Origin: the human T2T-CHM13v2.0 reference genome, Homo sapiens
NCBI RefSeq assembly: GCF_009914755.1
Contig: NC_060928.1
Reading direction: 5' to 3' (one strand)
Length of the DNA stretch: 64,000 nt
Below the pieces are notes generated by a model. It made no database searches. It was given only the letters and a program-made list of their open reading frames with translations, and had not been told where the DNA came from. Made by a program: the position numbers and the translations under genes. Shown here piece by piece: positions 13,277-27,845 of the stretch. Positions within the stretch are counted from its first letter, which is position 1, and each line of letters starts with the position of its first letter.

Positions 13277-16064
13277 TATGTTTAGACCTCTGCGATACAG
13301 CAAAAGTAGTGCTAAGAGGGAAGTTATAGTGTTAAATTCCTACATGAAAAAGACGGAAAGATCGCAAACTAACAACCTGACTTGCACCTGAAGGAACTAA
13401 AAAAACAAGAACAAACCACACCCAAAGCTAGCAGAAAAAAATAAATAGCAAAGATCAGAGCAGAACTAAATGAAATTGAGAATAAAATAATACAAAGGAT
13501 CAATAAAATGAAAGTCAGTTCTTGGAAAAAATAAACAAAATGAATAGACTGCTAACTAGATTAACCAAGAAAAATAGAGAAAATCTCAAATATGCACAAT
13601 CAGGAATGATAAAGATGACATTATAACTTATACAACAGAAATATAAAAGATTATCAGACTACAGTGAGCACCTCTATGTGCACAAACTGGAAAACCTAGA
13701 GAAAATAATAAAATCCTGGAAACATACAACCTCCCAAGATTGAACCAGGAAGAAATAGAAATCCAGAAGAGACCTTTAACAAGAAGTGAAATTCAATCAG
13801 TAATAAAAAATTTCCCAATAGAAAAGAGCCCAGGACCTGATGGATTCAGAGCCAAATTCTATCAGATGTACATGGAAAAATTGAAACCAATTGTACTGAA
13901 ACTGTTTAAAAAAATTGAGGAGGAGGAAGTTCTCCCTAACTCATTCTATAAAGCCAGTATCACCCTGATACCAAAGTCAGGGGAAGGCACAACTGAAAAA
14001 GAAAACTACAAACCAATATTCCTGATAAATGTCAATGTAAAAATCCTCAATAAGATACTAGCAAACGAAATATAGCAGGCTATCGAAAAGATAATACAGA
14101 ACAATCAAACTGGCTTTATTCCAGGGATGCAATGTTGGCTCAGCATATGCAAACGAATAAATGCAATTCTTCAGATAAACAGACCTAAAAAGAAAACCAC
14201 GTGATAATTTCAATAGACACAGAAAAGTCTTTCATAAAATTAAACATCCCTTTATGTTAAAAGCCCTCACAAAACTAGGCATAGAAGAAACATGTCAAAA
14301 TAATAAAAGCCGTGTATGAAAAACTCAGCCAACATCATGCTGAATGGAGAAAAGTTGAAAGCATTCCCCCTAAGATCTGAAGCAAGACAAGGATGCCCAC
14401 TTTCATCGCTCCTACTCCACATAGTACTAGAAGTCCTAGCCCTGGTAATCGGTCAAGAGAAAGAAATAAGAGGCATCCAAATTAGAAAAGACGAAGTCAA
14501 ATTATCTCTGTTCACTGATAATATGATCTTATACCTAGAATAGCCTAACTTACCCAAAAGACTCTTAGATATGATGGTAAAGTTTCAGGATACAAAATAA
14601 ATGTAGAAAAATAAGTATCATTTTTATATACTAATAATAATCAAGTTGAGAACTAATTCAAGAACTCAATCTCATTTACAATAGCTCCAGAAAAAAAGAA
14701 AGGAATACATTTAACCACAGAATTGAAAGACCTCTGCACAGAGAGCTGCAAAAAAATGATGAAAGAAATCATAGATGACACAAACAAATGAAAAAACATG
14801 GACTGGAAGAATCAATATTATTAAAATGATCATACTGTCCAAAGCAATCTACAGATTCAATGCAATTCCTATCAAATTACCAATGCCATTCTTTACAGAT
14901 TTAGGTAAAAAAAAATCATAAAATTCAAATGGAACCTAAAAAGAGCCTGAATAGCCAAAGCAATAATAAGCAAAAGGAATAAAGGTTGAGATATCCCATT
15001 ATCTGATTTCAAATTATACTATGAGCATATAGTAACCAGAACCACATGGCACTGGCATAAAAATAGACACATAAGTCAAGGGAAAAGAATAGAGCACAGA
15101 AATAAAGCCACATACCTACAGCCAACTGATTTTTGACAAAGTCAACAAAAATGTACACTGAAACATAAATAGTGCTGGAAAAATTGGCTGGCCATACGCA
15201 GAAGATTGAAAATGGATTCCTATTTCTCATGATATATAAAAATTAACTCAAGATAGATTAAAGACTTAAATGTAAGACTTGAAAATTTAATAACCCTGAA
15301 CAAAAACCTAGGAAAAACTATTCTGGACATTGGCCTATGCAAAGAATTTATGACTAAGTCCTCAAAAGGGAACACAACAAAACCAAAAATAAACAAGTGA
15401 GACTTAAACTAAAAAGCTTCTGAACAGAAAAGGAAATAATAACAGAGTAAACAGGCAATCTACATAATGTGAGAAAATATTTGCAAACAATGCATCTGAT
15501 GAAGGGCTAATATGCATAATCTATAAGGAACTCAAACAATTCATCCAGAAAATAACAACTAACCCCTTCAAAAAGTGGGCAAAGGACATTAACAGACATT
15601 TTTCAAAAGAATATATACAAGCAGCCAACAAATATATGAAAAAAAAGCTCATCATCATTCATCATCTGAGAAATGTAAATTGAAACCACAAGAAACCATT
15701 TCACACCATTTATTATGCCTATTATTAAGGAGTCAAAAAACAACAGTTGGTGAGTATACAGAGAAAAGGGGATGCTTATATGCTGTTGGTAGAAATGTAA
15801 ATTTGTATAATCACTTTAGAAAACATGGAGATTTCTCAAAGAACTAAAAATAAAACTACCCTTCAATCTAGCAATCCCTCTACTGGGTATCTACCCAACA
15901 GAAAAGAAATCGTTTTATCCAAAAGACCCCTACATTTGTATGTTTATCTCGGCACTATTCTCAGTAATAAAGTTATGAAATCAACATAAATGTCTATAAA
16001 TGTATGATTGGATTAAAATAGTATGTATATATCTAAAACAAAACATTTATATATACAACATTTG

Positions 16065-16096
<32 letters not shown>

Positions 16097-16420
16097 GCTT
16101 ATATGGATGAAACAGGAGACCGTTATTCTCAGTGAAATCACTCAGAAACAGAAAGTAAAAAACCGCATGTTCTTTACTTGAGTGGGAGCTAAACAACGGG
16201 TATATATAGACAACAGAATGGAATCATAGATTTTAGAGACTCCAAATTGCGGGAGGGCTGGAGGGGGAGTAAGGAATAAAATACTACTTATTGGGTACAA
16301 TATATACCGTTCAGATGGTCGGTAGACTAAAATCCCAGATGTTACCACTATGCAATATATCAAGGTAACACAACTGCACTTGTGCGCCTAAGTCCATAAA
16401 AATTAAATTAAAAAAATAAT
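13277..16420 (+). mobile_element. 5'-truncated older L1 (L1PB/L1MA1-2-like), ORF2 plus 3' UTR, with an internal (TA)n at about 16064-16092
   Basis: ORF2 remnants [22 protein letters not shown] and [19 protein letters not shown]; L1PB-like 3' UTR and A-rich tail. Confidence 0.9.
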
Positions 16421-17693
16421 TTAAGAAACACTTGATGAGAAAAATAAACACAAATTCAAGTTTTTGCTTGAAAACTTTCAGTCGACACCTACCAGTCGGA
16501 ATCAGTTGCAGGATCAAATTATTTTTAAAGTGCAGAATGGCTGTCAGAGACCTGGAAGAAAATAACCAAATCCTGGAGCACTCTTTAGAGAACTACTTGT
16601 CCGGAGGATGAAAATGTGTGGATAAACAGAGATGTCAGTGATTCAGAGCAAGTCATTCACCATAGGCACTTCTGAGTGTGAAGTCTTTTATACTTTCAGC
16701 AAGACATTGTATCTATAATTTCCTTTGTATGTAAACATGAGTGATAGTTGAAAACATATGTTTAAGTAAATCTAAAAGAACTTTTGTACATATATACATA
16801 TATAACATAAAAGTTCTGTATGATGAGAATATGATGTCTTAATTTAATAGGCACAGTTTTTAAATGTATTTTTCTTCATAAAATAAAGGTGCACCTTGGA
16901 ACCTATGACATCTTAACAACAAATCAATATAGTAGGATCCCAATTTGATTGGGATCCCTTCTTTGATTTTTCCATTTGGTAATTTAATATTCAGCAAATA
17001 TTTTAAAAATTATATTACACCAGACACTGTTTTAGGCATGGTGTTATGGCAATAAAAAGAGATTTTACAAACTGCATTTATGAAATTTTTTTAGTTGTTT
17101 AAGTATATCATGTTCATTTTTCCTAACGTAGATGCCTCAGCATTAAAGTACATGTTGAAATTTATCCTTCCACTCCATTCGTAATCCTTGTCTGCTCAGG
17201 AACACCTGATGGCAAAACATGTTCTTTGTGTTTTTCTGGAAAACTCTTTACAGCCACATGTTCCTACTACCCTAGAATTGATCTAAAGTAAGCAGGGTCA
17301 GTGTAATTTTCACAACTAAAATGCCTTTACAAATGTTTACATCAAATTATACCAATTTTCTCACAATAAGCTGCTATCTTGTGATATTATTATAGTATGT
17401 ATGCATGAAATTAATTGCATCTCTCTGCAAGAAAATATTTGAGAGGTAAGGCATAAGAACAGTAATGCATTTGAAATGTTTATCCTCATTTGTGATCTGG
17501 GGATCTGCAATCAGACACATACAGTTCAGTTGTTTGTCCTGTTTATTTTCTTTACCCTATCAAAAAAAAAAATCTAAGAAAGATCCCTGAGAAGTGAACT
17601 CAACATAAGTGTTACTGTAACATAGAAAATATAATACTATTGAATTCTACACTTGTCTAAATGTAATGTAATGCGAATTCTTGAAAATACCTA

Positions 17694-18007
<314 letters not shown>

Positions 18008-18346
18008 ACGAAATCTTTAAATAATTTTTAAGAAACATTTATTTAAAAGCCTACAAACCAGGTTGCATATTGTGGTTTTATAAGTTTACAGAATTAAGTT
18101 TTACCAAAAGTTCACAACATGAAGTTAAAAAAACAAAAAATGTGTATGAAAAATAGCCATATAAAAAGGCAAAAGTTTTATGTCCTGACAAATAAGAACA
18201 TTGACCCCTCAATCCCAAGTAATTATGACACAGTTCTATTTTGCTTCTGAGGCAAATTAATTTTATTATAGAGAAAAGTTCTTATTGATTTATTTTTATG
18301 TTTTAATTGAATTTTAAATATTCCCAGAGATATAAGAAGATAGTAA

Positions 18347-18947
18347 TGTTGCAGTCTCCTTACTCCCTTAGTTTAGCGAGGTCTGAGTTCTTGTCTTACA
18401 ACCAAGAAGATTAAGGCATGTGGATGCTGGACAGTGAGTAAGGCAGAGCAGAATTTATTAAGCAACAGAAAAGCTCTCATCAGTGAGAGGGGATCTAAAG
18501 AGGGTAGCCAGAAATGGGGCTGAGTTCTGGATCTTTTATGTGGCAGAAAAAAGGAAGTCTTCTGTGGTTCTGCCTTAATGGGTGGGGTAAAGTTCCCCAT
18601 GTGGGTGTTGCATCTGCACATGCCTGGGCTTGGCCACAGTGACTCCATGTTGGTTATTAACCATGAATGCCTAAAGCAAAACCCATGTGGGACTAAAACT
18701 GCAATGCTAATGGCATTATAGTGAGTTCAGGGTCATTTGGGGATGCCCCAATATTTGTCTGTGCCTGTATAAGTGGCTGGAAAATCCCTTCTGGGCAAAA
18801 ATCCTGTGATAAGAGGAAGTTCTTAACCACATTTTCCTCCTGCTGGCTATTGGGGTAGTGCAGATGCAGTCCCACAGGCATTGCCGTCTTCCAAGACCCT
18901 CCCTCTCTATCTGCCTAACCACCAGCACCTACATGCCTCCTCTCTGA
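18347..18947 (-). mobile_element. Solo ERV1-class LTR, MER61-like
   Basis: tgttgcag...ctctga with 4-bp TSD gtaa (18343-18346 and 18948-18951); gagttcttgtc..caagaaga..aatttattaagc..aaagctctca core typical of this LTR group; AATAAA on the minus strand near 18455. Confidence 0.7.
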
Positions 18948-21594
18948 GTAACTTATCTCCATTTAAGATGAAATCTGGACGAATCTATTAATTTTTACAC
19001 TTATTTCATGATGCCAAATACTACAATCCAAGGAAAAATATTTTAGGGAAAAATCAGGGATTCCTATTTCAAGGAACAAATAATAATGTTTAGAACTTTT
19101 AGTTTTTCTTCTTGAAGGAATTTCCCACATTTAAAATGTTATTTTCAAAATTATATTTATTTTTAGGCTTATAAGTAGGAGGCTGATAATAAATGATATG
19201 CTTTGATATTAATTAACACCCTGACATATTTAAAATTAAAGTGATTACAAGAGCTAAGTGAAGAAAATCAAGGGGCTTGCAGGTGGTTAATTTTAAATTC
19301 AAAGAAAGCAATCTCCGCTATTAATTTTTCAGAAATTTTGAACTACCATTGAAGAAAATAAGGATATTCTCAATAGTATACTTAGTATGCCTATTATTTA
19401 TGTAAGTTTCTCTGAATGCAAAGGGAAAGAAATTTTAGGAAAAAAAATTTGAGAAGAGATGGTGTAGGAGTAAAAGTAAGGCACTTACCATCACCTTAGC
19501 CAGAACTCTAGTCCTTTTTCCCCAGTATAGTATGCTTCATTGTTTTTACCTAATTGGACTTTTATAACCACTTCAAAAAATTTATGGGAAGACTTAACAG
19601 CAAAAATCAAATTTTATTTCATGAAATTTTATACTTATATGATGACATTCACATTTTATTTAACTCCCTGTATCTTTCCAAAATTAAAAAAAAAAAAGCC
19701 TGTGTACCTCTGAGTTAAGGAGTATCCCCTCCAAAACCACACACAAACATTGTTTTCCATCCCGAATAGTTAGCAATGATGCCATCTAATGTCATTAAAT
19801 TATTTTAAGAATTAAAGAAAAAATGGGGTAAGGATGAATAGAAAAGTATGGTGCTGATAAATAGAAGATAAATTATCTTTACTTACTCACCTCTTAACCA
19901 TGGGAAGAAGCACAAGAATATGGCACAGGGTGACTTGGAACACTGCTAAAAATCATGTGTGTTATGTTTAAGAGATGTGTTGCACCGTAACAGGATGTAC
20001 TATTTTCAAGACATAATTAGTATAAGAATTTTTAAGGTAAATAAATTAAAGAGGCAATGTGATAATAAATGGAAAAATACCAGATGGAAGCTTCACTATT
20101 TAAAAGTTAAGACTTACCGAACTGCACTCAGACATTTCTTGAATAAAAGGATATATCAATTTAGACAAAATTTTAAAAGAACAAGTGATATAAAATAATT
20201 TTATTAAAAATTTTTCTTTCTAAACAGTATGCTAAGGAAGTTCTTTCAAAGGATTAGAACAGAATTATTTTGCTACTGGAAAGTTCTATAACACAGTTTT
20301 AATCTTGTTAATTCTTTTACTGTTACTATACTTCTGATACAAAACTTTGAAGCGGTAGTATAAGAAAGATAAAGTTTTTCTTTACTTATTAATGAAAATT
20401 GAAATATGTTAAATTTTTTACTTAAAACCTAAAAGGGTATTAACTCAACACTACAAACAAGAATCATGTATCCCAGGAGTATAACAATTTAATTTTAGAA
20501 AATTATATTTTATCAAATTAACATGTGGAAGAAGAAAAATATTTTAAAAAGTCAATAGATAATAAAATAATATGAAATTTAAAACCATATTTTTCCATTT
20601 TTATAAGATTCTATGTGATTTATTTTTCTTTCAAATAATTTTCTGCAAAAAATTGCTTACTTTTATAGGCAAGAAAATGCTCTTTTAAATTAAAATAATT
20701 TGTGTGTCTTCTATTTCATTAAATATTGTTATGTAATATTATGAAGTATATCGAACATACAGAAATTTAAAAGGCTAAGGAGATAGCTGTAATTGAGGCA
20801 ATAAACTTTAACCATTATATAGCATATTTTGATATATGAAATTCTAGTTCTTCTTCTCTACTAGGTACTGAAACCAATGGCCTAGCAGAGCTAAAAGTCT
20901 CTTCTGAATTGACCTTAACTTTTCTTTTCTTGTATTATTTCTTTATGCCTTAATTGCCTAACTGCTGGCTGTCTCATACTTGTCTATTGACCCTAATACT
21001 TGCTTGCATCAATACAGTTATTACTGATACAAGATGAAGATATTTTTACTTATTGGAATTCCAGTGGGAGATGAAAAACTAATCCAGTCCAACAGATTCC
21101 ATTTCCTTTGTCAATGATGACAGTCCGGAGAGAATGCACTCCACTTACCTGGCTGATCTTACCGGGAAAAGTCACAAGGTGGGATTTTGAAATTCAAGTG
21201 TAATCATTGAAAATGATTGACAGGCATGAGTTCTAAGTGAGACTTCCTCTGCTAGTTTTCATAGAAATTATAAATACATGACATATGTGGTGACAGTAGA
21301 CTTAAGGGAGAGCTGAAATTTGGCTTCTAGTTGGGAATGTAGTTGATCTCTAAATAACACACATAGCTACAGGGGAGAGACAGAGAAAAATAAGGTAGAT
21401 GTTACAGATATTGAGGGGAAGAGTGTTGTAATAGTTGAGTCTGTGAAGTGAGGGCCTCAAGCCAAGTTTCTTTAAATTACTGACAACATATAAACCCAAG
21501 TGATGGGCGTTTCATTTTACTGAGAGTGATTTCACAGGCTCTTAATCTGCATTTGCTCAAACCTTAATTTAAATGACAGTGTTTTCCTAAACAT

Positions 21595-21903
21595 ATTTTT
21601 TGCTGTTATTTTTATTTTTTGTATTTTTTTATTTTATATTCTTGTGGGTACATAGGAGGTGTATATATTTATGCAGTACATGAGATATTTTGATACAGGC
21701 ATACAATGTGTAATAATCACATCAGGGTAAACGAGGTATCCATCACCTCCAATATTTATCCCTTCTTTGTGCTGCAAACAATCCAGTTACACTCTTTTAA
21801 TTATTTTTAAATGTACAGTAAATTACTGTTGACTTTAGTTACCCTATTGTGCTATCAAATACTAGATCTTATTCATTCTAACTATATTTTTGCACCCATT
21901 AAC
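21595..21903 (-). mobile_element. L1MA (L1MA2/3-like) 3' UTR fragment
   Basis: gtgggtacataggaggtgtatatatttat..tgatacaggcatacaatgtgtaataatcacatcagggtaaa follows a T-rich tail; degenerate TSD acagtgttttcctaa / acactgtttctaa. Confidence 0.85.
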
Positions 21904-22930
21904 ATAACACTGTTTCTAATGAATCTTTCTCCAATATGCTTTACAGTGTATCTTGTCTCAGGAATTCATTACGTGTTAACAGCAACTCTTTCTGCTTGTT
22001 AAATGCCTTGCCTCTCCAAAAGTTGAGAATTACATTCTGCTCAAAGAGAATTTTGTTTGTTATTTTGGTTTATCAGAAAATGCCAATTGAAGCTACGCAT
22101 TTTGCCATATGTCAGTTTCTTCAGACCCCTGCTCATGGTGTAAAGGATTGGGGGATATATATGCAACGTGTTAATAGAAGAACTGATTTCTTAGAAGACC
22201 AATTACAAAAGAATCTGTTACTAAGTAGAAGCAGATAAGTTTCACGTCACTCTACAGTGGCTAATAAATATCTGTTGTATTACATTTAAGTTGAAGGAAT
22301 TGTTTCTCTATATCACATTAAATTTAGTGGAGCCTACACATACCAGGATTGTAGAAAATCAATGCTGAGTCATTGTGGGGAAGAGAACCCCTTTTCCTCT
22401 CTTTCAAACAAAGAAACCTAAGGATCTTGGGGAAAGTCCTCAGGACTCCAGTCCATTGTAGACTTGGAATTGCTTACTTTCCAAAATACATCGTTGATTA
22501 GAAGCAGATTGTGCTGTCTATATTATATATTCCGTCTCTGCCAGTATCTCCCCGAAAGCTCTCAAATATTTTTTTACGTAGTATAGTCTCCCACTTTGAG
22601 GCACCGCTCCATCTTGGGGAGCAAACATGTTCCTATGACCATTCTTGGGAGCAGAGCAGATGTCCACCCCTCACTCTGTCTTTGTCCCTTGGGTCTCAGG
22701 AAACATAACTATCTAGTTCTTCCCTTTTCTTTCAGACACTTTTTTCATTTTTGGACAAACTACCTGCTTTCGTGAGGCTAGCTTTTGAAAAATACAGCCG
22801 CTTGCTAATCATCCCTTAGAAAACAGAGTCCAAACATGGAAAGCTGGGCGAAAGACAAGTATTCTTGTATATTATCCTGTTGCACTATTAAAAAATATAT
22901 CCTCTGAGTAGAGTAGCTCAGGTTTTACTC

Positions 22931-23232
22931 TTTTTTTATTATTTATTTTTAATTAATTTATTTTTTTTTTGAGACGGTGAGCTGTCGCCCAGGCTGGAGT
23001 GCAGTGGCCTTGGCTCACCGCAAGCTCTGCCTCCCGGGTTCACGCCATTCTCCTGTCTCAGCCTCCCAAGCAGCTGGGACTACAGGCCCCGGCTACCACG
23101 CCCCACTAATTTTTTTTTTTATTTTTTTATTTTTAGTAGAGATGGGGTTTCACCGTGTTAGCCAGGATGATCTCGATCTCCTGACCCCGTGATCCGCACC
23201 CCCTCGGACTCCCAAAGTGCTAGGATTACAGG
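22931..23232 (-). mobile_element. AluY, slightly 5'-truncated
   Basis: AluY diagnostics gcaagctc, gggttcacgccattc, gttagccaggatg; TSD tcaggtttta(c/t)tcttt at 22918 and 23233. Confidence 0.93.
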
Positions 23233-23269
23233 TCAGGTTTTATTCTTTAACCCTTCTTCGTTCACCAAT

Positions 23270-24080
23270 CATACAACACCGTGTCCTGTCAGGTGGCTGC
23301 TAAATCTTCTTGAATCTATCTACTCCTCTGATTTTCTCAGTTAACTATCCTGCATCAAAATGTCTTATCTTTCCCCAGGACTACTGCAAGGCATCTACGT
23401 GTGTCTACTCTTGTTCTGCTCAAATTCCTTTTTCTGAAAGGGAGATAATTATAAAATATCAATCAAATTATGACCACAGGCCCACCTTCCAACACATTCA
23501 TTGTTTCAGCTCTTTCCATGGCTTCTCATTTCTCTGAGAATAAAATCCAACACTGTGATCTATAGTATCCTGGAGGGTTTGACCCATCTCTCACACTCCA
23601 ACTACATTTTGCACCAAACATTCATGTTGCTGAATATTGATATCTGCATTCAGCAACATTGTTATTATGCACTCTTTCCTTGGATCTTGATACCCGTGCC
23701 TTCCAAAATGTCCTCCAGTCCCTTTACCCCATAACACTCATACTGTGGGCTCTTTCACCTGTTGACCTGTGTACTTAAAAGCCACTTTCCTTGTCACCTA
23801 TCCTACTCCTTCAAATCTCAGTTCAATCAACGCTTGCTCAGAAAATCTTCCCTGACCTTTTTTCAATATTCAATTCTTCATATTGTAATTACTCTTTTAC
23901 AGAATATATCAGCATTTATTTTAAAAATTATTTTTAATATACTGGTTGATGTCTTCAGACAGAAAGCAATTTCCATGAAAGCAGGGCTCTGTTAGGTTTT
24001 TGTTGTTTTGTTTGGTTTTGCTGCTATGAAATACAGTGTCTAGCATTTTGTGGGTGGTGAGTAAATATTTATTAAAGATA
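23270..24080 (+). mobile_element. L2 3' region, degenerate
   Basis: L2-like motifs ccatggcttctcatttctctgagaataaaatccaa, tactccttcaaatctcagttcaa and the terminus cagtgtctagca..gtaaatatttattaaa. Confidence 0.6.
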
Positions 24081-24944
24081 ATGGTCACAAATTTATAAAG
24101 TATGGTAGATATTTGGGTGATTATTTGCAGTTACAGTTGTAATTTCTTCATTTTTTTCTGGAGCTGGAGTGTGGAGTGGTGTGAAGTAAGTAAAAAGCAA
24201 AACAAGTAGTTACACATTATAGCAGAAGTCCTACAGAATATTGTTAAGGTTTACTATCCTTGGTATATGGAAAATAAACCTCATTTTAAATATAATTTAT
24301 ATATTAAATATACTTTGTTTCAAACTGAAAAATAAATAAGACATTTGTGGCCTGGATCTTACCAAAAAGATTAACAATGGTTATGTCTTTTTCCACATAA
24401 GGAAAGTAAGAACTTATTTTATGTTTTAAGCTCATAACTCTTATTAAATATTGGTAATTAATACACTAATGAAAAATTATGTCTGGTTTCTAAGGTTATA
24501 ATATTGGAAGACAACCACCTTCAAAGAGAATTTGAACCTATTCTAACTGATTTTACCTTGAAATAACTATGCACTAAAAAGAAATCAGAATCTTACTTGA
24601 ACTTGAGCTACTCAGGTCAAACTTGAGCTACTCAGATACTGTTTAAATTGTACTCTGAGACTCACAACTCATTGTGGAGAAAAAAATCTAACCACCACAC
24701 AGCCAAGCCATGGCTCAAAAAAAGAAAAGCCATTAATAAAGAAGTCATTAATATTATCATCTGTCACACCAAAGGAAGAGGGTACTTAGGCCATGAATAT
24801 ATTCTGATACGGAAAACTAGGTTGGAAAACTGAGGATTGATAATTGATGATAACCTATCCTCTGTTCACCATATTCAATAAATAGGTTTAATTTTTTTAA
24901 TAGGGTACACAATTTGTCTAATTCATGTGGGCAGCTAAGGAGAT

Positions 24945-25190
24945 TGATTATAAGTGTGTAGGGTCTGGAGTCAGTCAGACAACCGGGGGTTGAAACCTGG
25001 TTTCTAGAGTACGTTATGTGAGGCAACTGAAGCATCCTTAATAATTCCCAGTTTTTTCTTTTAAAAATGCGTAAAACAGCATTTCCCACTTCAGAGGGAA
25101 TTTAAATGAAAAAAATGCATGCTGAGTGCTTAGCATAATGTTTGTCACAAGGTATATATTCAGTAAATTGTAATTACTATTATTGTTGTA
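24945..25190 (+). mobile_element. MIR
   Basis: ggtctggagtcag..gggttgaaacctgg..cagtttt..taaaaatg..gtgcttagcataatg, i.e. MIR core and tail. Confidence 0.7.
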
Positions 25191-26060
25191 AATTATACAC
25201 TAATATAATTAGGTTAATCTACAAATAATTTTGCAACAGCTGAAGAAACCTAACTGTAAATAGCACTCTTCTAATATTTTGATGAGTATTTGTCTATTGG
25301 AAAAAATGGATTTTGCAGAATAAAATAAAAATAAGACACTATTAAATATAACATTAAATTGGCAGGAGTTTAAATATTTTGCCTATAAATTTTACCCTTC
25401 CATATAAAATAGCTTTCTAAAATAGTGTGTAGAAAAATTATTCATGTTATTGAACTTACAAATATTTAGAATAGAAAATATTGAATAATTAAAAAATATA
25501 ATAGAAAAATATCTCATATAAAATCTTGGTTCAAATTCTGTTGATACAATTTACAGCTTGTTTGGGTTAATTTATATTTGAATATTATATGGTTTTAATT
25601 TTATTGTTAATTTTTCAGTATGAAAAATGGATAGGACATTAACAAAAACTATTTTATCCTTTGCATTACAAAATGTAAGAACAAAGTTTAACATAAGAAA
25701 GGTTTGATTTTATACACTCTTATAAAGCTCTTTGTTTTTCCTTTTTTAAAAACTTTACACTTTTAATTATTTTCTAAGTATTTTTCTTTCCAATAGATTT
25801 TAAACTCTTCAAGGACAAGGTCACAAGTATCTTAACCAGCAATATGCAACAGTTACACAATATATAATTGTGTGTTGAATAAATATTTATTGAATGACTA
25901 ATAAGTGAATAAATGAATTAACAAGTGCACAATATTTATTTGCTCATTTGGTAGCTTATATCTATTTGATAAATTTAATTGCCAATTGCAGGATGTGGTT
26001 ATGCAAAGGGGAGCATGAGGTGGCCATAAAGTAGGTTCAAATCAATTTGTCAGATCTCCA

Positions 26061-26342
26061 TTTTTTTTTTGAGACGGAGTCTTGCCCTATTGCCCAGGCT
26101 GGAGTGCAGTGGCAGCGATCTTGGCTCACTGCAACCTCCACCTCCCGGGTTCACGCCATTCTCCTGCCTCAGCCTCCTGAGTAACTGGGACTACAGGTGC
26201 CCACCACCATGCTCGGCTAATTTTTTTGTATTTTTAGTAGAGACGGGGTTTCACCGTGTTAGCCAGGATGGTCTCGATCTCCTGACCTCATGATCTGCCC
26301 GCCTTGGCCTCCCATTACAGGCATGAGCCACCGCGTCCAGCC
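26061..26342 (-). mobile_element. Alu (Y/Sc type) with a small deletion in the left arm
   Basis: TSD cagatctccattt at 26051 and 26343; cccattacagg replaces the usual cccaaagtgctgggattacagg. Confidence 0.93.
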
Positions 26343-26525
26343 CAGATCTCCATTTAGTCTGATTTTACATGTTTAGAGATAATTTTTAAAATAAACTCAT
26401 TAATATCTTAATCAAATTACAATTTCAAATTCACTGTTAACTTATGCTGAAGCACCCATGTTTAGTAATTTAGGTTCGTGTTTTTAGGCTGATTTGTCAT
26501 AATACAATCTAAAACCATATGCCAT

Positions 26526-26816
26526 GGCCGGGAGCAGTGTCTCACACCTGTAATCCCAGCACTTTGGGAGGCCAAGGTGGGTGGATCACCTGAGGTCAAG
26601 AGTTGGATGGCAGCCTGGCCGACATGGCGAAACCCCGTCTCCACTAAAAATACAAAATTAGCCAGGCGTGGTAGCATGTGCCTGTAATCCCAGCTAATCG
26701 GAGGCTGAGGCAGGAGAATCGCTTGAACCTGGGAGGCGGAGGCTGCAGTGAGCTGAAATTGCACCACTTCACTCCAGCATGGGTGAAAGAGCGAAACTCC
26801 ATCTCAAAAAAGAAAA
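26526..26816 (+). mobile_element. AluS (Sq/Sx-like)
   Basis: Full dimer from ggccggg.. to gagcgaaactccatctcaaaaa, with a short tail. Confidence 0.93.
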
Positions 26817-27659
26817 CTTGTAATTCTCTGGCTCTTAAATGCTGGCAATTTTATTAGTTCCCTACTATTGTTTCCAAAAAAAAAAAAAATCCAATATTTG
26901 TTTATGAAAGGAAAGAAAAAATATAAAAACTGGAAAGTCATTTCTCCATTTCCATATAAGCATTGGTTATTAACTAAATGCCAACTTGAGACACCTACTA
27001 TAAACAGAGCTGTGTAAATGAAGGCATTTTTCATTTCTCTTTCTACATATAATTCAAATAGAAGAATGCAAGACAGAAATTCAAACTTCAATTTTAACAA
27101 AACAAGAAACTATGTCTATAACATTTTTAAGAGCTGTTGAAACTCAGTATTTTCATGCAAATGCCATCCTTGAAGAAACATGAGTTGAGTAAAGCAAGAG
27201 TTTAATGGGAGTCATTGCCAACTTCAAACACAATTACTAAGTTGTGGGTCACACTCTGAGATGCAAATGGGTGAAAACTGAGACAATTGGGTGATGCTTG
27301 AAAACCCTTTGTTTTGATTTCAGAGAGAAAAAAAGGGCCAGAGATATTAAAAAAAAAATAAGACTTTTAACTACACACCTCCTTATGTCTTTTATATTTG
27401 GGTCATGTTAGTATCTGCCAATAAGTTTGAAAAAATATACTGTTTATTCTAAAAGCTTGGCCAGTCTCATCTTCCTCATTCTCAGTGGAGCAAAATCATT
27501 TGTACATTTCTATGTTTTCATTAATTTATGATCTCCTTTAAGATAAGAATAATGTGCTATTATCCATATGAATACTTATTAATGCATTGCATGGCACAAA
27601 CATCTTATACATTTAAATGCCTGGCACAAACGTCTTGCATATTTAAAATGCATATGTAA

Positions 27660-27845
27660 GACACTGTGACCTACTTTAGAGGGAAGGCTTGGAGGAACAT
27701 GAGGGTCTAAAAACTACCTGTCAGGTACTATACTCACTACCTGGGTGATGAAGTCACCAAACTCAAGTGACATCCAATTTACCCATGTAACAAACCTGCA
27801 CATGTACCCCATGAATCTAAAATAAAAGATGACAGAAGAAAAATA
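27660..27845 (+). mobile_element. L1PA13-16-like 3' end fragment
   Basis: aaaactacctgtcaggtactatactcactacctgggtgatg..tttacccatgtaacaaacctgcacatgtacccc..ctaaaataaaag. Confidence 0.8.

Noticed and set aside
19000-21500. Possible host exons in AT-rich unique sequence, e.g. ORF 19959-20198
   Set aside because: No recognisable homology or convincing splice-site pairing by eye; small exons cannot be excluded without alignment.
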